DNA of 64,000 bases from Macrostomum lignano (lineage: Eukaryota), in NCBI GenBank assembly GCA_002269645.1, contig NIVC01000085.1:1-64000 (forward strand). Reading direction: 5' to 3'. Below are positions 61,350 to 64,000 of this stretch, in pieces. Below the pieces are notes generated by a model, which saw nothing but the letters and a program-made list of their open reading frames with translations, did not search any database and had not been told where the DNA came from. The translations under genes and the position numbers were made by a program. Within the stretch, counting starts at the first letter, position 1. Each line of letters starts with the position of its first letter.

Positions 61350-62650
61350 TCAGGTTCGCAAAGCTGTGTGTCAGGTCCGTCAAGCTGTGTATCAGGTCCG
61401 TCAAGCTGTGTGTCAGGTCCACCAAGCTGTGTGTCAGGTCCACAAAGCTATGTGTCAGATCCTCAAAGCTATGTGTCAGATCCTTAAAGTTGTGTCAGCT
61501 CTCCCCAGCTGTGTGTCAGTAGAACCAAGCTGTGTGTCAGGAGAGCCAAGCTGTGTGTCAGGAGAGCCAAGCTGTGTGTCAGATGAGCCAAGCTGTGTGT
61601 CAGGTCCTAAAAGCTATGTGTCAGATCCTAAAAGCTATGTGTCAGATCCTCAAAGCTATGTGTCAGGTCTTCAAAGCTATGTGTCAGGTCTGCTAAGCGC
61701 TGTACTAGTGGAGACAAGCTGTTTGTCAGCTCTGCCAAGCTGTGTCAGGATTGCCAAACTGTGTGTCAAGATTACCAAGCTGTGTGTCAGGATTGCCAAG
61801 CTGTGTGTCAGGAGAGCCAAGCTGTGTCAGGATTGCGAAGCTGTGTGTCAGGAGAGCCAAGCTGTGTGTCAGGAGAGCCAAGCTGTGTGTCAGGAGAGCC
61901 AAGCTGTGTGTCAGGAGAGCCAAGCTGTGTGTCAGGAGAGCCAAGCTGTGTGTCAGGAGAGCCAAGCTGTGTGTCAGGAGAGCCAAGCTGTGTGTCAGGA
62001 GAGCCAAGCTGTGTGTCAGGAGAGCCAAGCTGTGTGTCAGGAGAGCCAAGCTGTGTGTCAGGAGAGCCAAGCTGTGTGTCAGGAGAGCCAAGCTGTGTGT
62101 CAGGAGAGCCAAGCTGTGTGTCAGGAGAGCCAAGCTGTGTGTCAGGAGAGCCAAGCTGTGTGTCAGGAGAGCCAAGCTGTGTGTCAGGAGAGCCAAGCTG
62201 TGTGTCAGGAGAGCCAAGCTGTGTGTCAGAAGAGAGCCAAGCTGTGTGTCAGAAGAGAGCCAAGCTGTGTGTCAGAAGAGAGCCAAGCTGTGTGTCAGAA
62301 GAGAGCCAAGCTGTGTGTCAGGAGAGCCAAGCTGTGTGTCAGAAGAGAGCCAAGCTGTGTGTCAGAAGAGAGCCAAGCTGTGTGTCAGAAGAGAGCCAAG
62401 CTGTGTGTCAGAAGAGAGCCAAGCTGTGTGTCAGGAGAGAGCCAAGCTGTGTGTCAGGAGAGCCAAGCTGTGTGTCAGGAGAGCCAAGCTGTGTGTCAGA
62501 AGAGAGCCAAGCTGTGTGTCAGAAGAGAGCCAAGCTGTGTGTCAGAAGAGAGCCAAGCTGTGTGTCAGAAGAGAGCCAAGCTGTGTGTCAGGAGAGAGCC
62601 AAGCTGTGTGTCAGGTCCACGAATCTTTGTTTCAGGAGAGCCAATCTGTG
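61350..62650. repeat. 21/23-bp minisatellite CCAAGCTGTGTGTCAG(GAGAG/AAGAGAG)
   Basis: Degenerate left flank, homogeneous 21-mer core, mixed 21/23-mers on the right. Confidence 0.96.
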
Positions 62651-63138
62651 TTAGGATTTCCTAAATCAATATAAGGTTAGTTCAAACCCATTTGAAATTT
62701 GATTTGCTAGGCAGTTGGTCTATCGACCGGCCGCTTTTTATTATGACCACTACGAATAAAACGTACACTTAAGATAACAGCTTGCTTCAATTTGGCCTGA
62801 AATGCGCGGCATGCTCATTCATAAAGCTGAGAAGCTCACTGCATGCCTCGATTCACTGTAGATTGCATTGTACGCTCGTAAAAATTCTGGTTGCGTGTAG
62901 AAGTCTCATATAAATACGTGTAGCCCGAGTACACGGTCTACAATTGAGCATACGTGTGTAGAGCAGAGATTAGCTAGCACTGGAAGAAATGGTTGTATTT
63001 GTGTGCACACAAGCCAGCATAAATAAAATAATCTAGTGCCAGTCAAGCACAAGAGGCAGAAAAGCGCGAACCAGTTGGATTCGGTAACCGCGAGACCCAA
63101 GTATTCACAAACTGCAAAATCTAAGCAAGAACAAAAGC

Positions 63139-64000
63139 ATGAATCAACTTAACGGAGTCGAGTACCTGAGGCTGCTCTTTCCCGACATCAACGGCTGCGC
63201 ACGGTCGAAGATTCTGACGCCGCGAGCGTTTAAAGCGTTCGAACAGCACGGCCTAGCCATGTTCCAGGGCATGCTGGGCATGGCCTGTCAGGGTACCGCA
63301 GTGACGCGGATGCTTGCCGACTCCGGCTGCGGCAACGCCATCGTCAAGGCCGACTGGAGCACGCTGCGAACTTACACGGCTCAATCGGGGGCCCAGTACG
63401 GCGATGTGAGTATACCTGCTTCATTTGATAACTGAATAGATACAGTACTCTCTCCATATGCTCTCCACTACACTTGTTTAGGTAGGCCCATGTCTTGTTG
63501 GTGGCACAACTTGTTTAGGTGGGCCCGTGTCTTGTTGGTGGCGCCACTTGTTCAGGTAGGCCCGTGTCTTGTTGGTGGCGCCACTTGTTCAGGTAGGCCC
63601 GTGTCTTGTTGGTGGCGCCACTTGTTCAGGTAGGCCCGTGTCTTGTTGGTGGCGCCACTTGTTCAGGTAGGCCCGTGTCTTGTTGGTGGCTACTCAGTTT
63701 TGGCGCCTCAGGCAGGAACAAATAAAAGATTAATTTCATTTTAAGTTTAACATGATATCTGATTCATAAAATAACTCCGTGCTAAATTTTCCAACAGGTG
63801 CTTTGCAACATGTTCGTAGCAGGCACTGGGGAACCATACCCGACCGACACGCGGTACATCTGCAAGCAAGCCATCAAACAAATGAACAACATCGGATTGG
63901 AAGTTCTCGCCACCTACGAGATCGAGTTTCGACTCTTCAAGCTGAAGGACGGTCAGCCGGCTTGGCAGCCGGTGCAGTACGGCAACGCCTTCGTGTTCAG
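63139..64000 (+). CDS. Type I glutamine synthetase-like / lengsin-family protein, 5' part. Exons 63139-63405 and 63798 to beyond 64000 (truncated by the window)
   Basis: Beta-grasp start VEYLRLLFPDINGCARSK...G.AMF...D.G.G...ADWSTL. The phase-0 junction GAT|GTGAGT...CAACAG|GTG continues VLCNM...GEPYPTDTRYICKQAI..M...G..V.ATYEIEFRLF (GS-I E-x-E metal ligands). Confidence 0.8.
63470..63690. repeat. 37-bp minisatellite GTAGGCCCGTGTCTTGTTGGTGGCGCCACTTGTTCAG in the GS-like intron
   Basis: Five full units (63482-63666) plus a partial unit. Confidence 0.93.

Noticed and set aside
61270-62674. Three overlapping long ORFs with Cys-rich repeats
   Set aside because: The 21-bp satellite is open in all + frames; there is no coding bias toward one frame.

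Overview
Eukaryotic (metazoan) genomic DNA. Spliceosomal introns, GC-rich exons, poly-Q/poly-A tracts and very dense minisatellites suggest an invertebrate such as a Macrostomum-type flatworm (inference). I reconstructed these genes by hand from splice sites and reading frame: two DUF229 (sulfatase/alkaline-phosphatase superfamily) paralogues arranged tail-to-tail (12597-17008 +, 26795-22066 -); a single-ORF orphan gene (31953-32654 +); a 6-exon peroxisomal acyl-CoA oxidase of ACOX3 type ending in -ARL (43022-34546 -); an SPSB/gustavus SPRY-SOCS gene (49717-46087 -); a mucin-like type I membrane protein (59178-61007 +); and the first two exons of a type-I glutamine-synthetase-like gene running off the right edge. 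The main highlight is an apparently intact autonomous P-element (54085-57560). It has perfect 116-bp TIRs, an atypical 9-bp target duplication and a 4-exon, 861-aa THAP-DDE transposase. Roughly a third of the window is micro/minisatellite, which explains most long ORFs in the supplied track. Other notable points are patchwork near-identity between the DUF229 copies, minisatellites built from or mimicking splice sites, a CORE-SINE, and a strongly CpG-depleted block upstream of SPSB.
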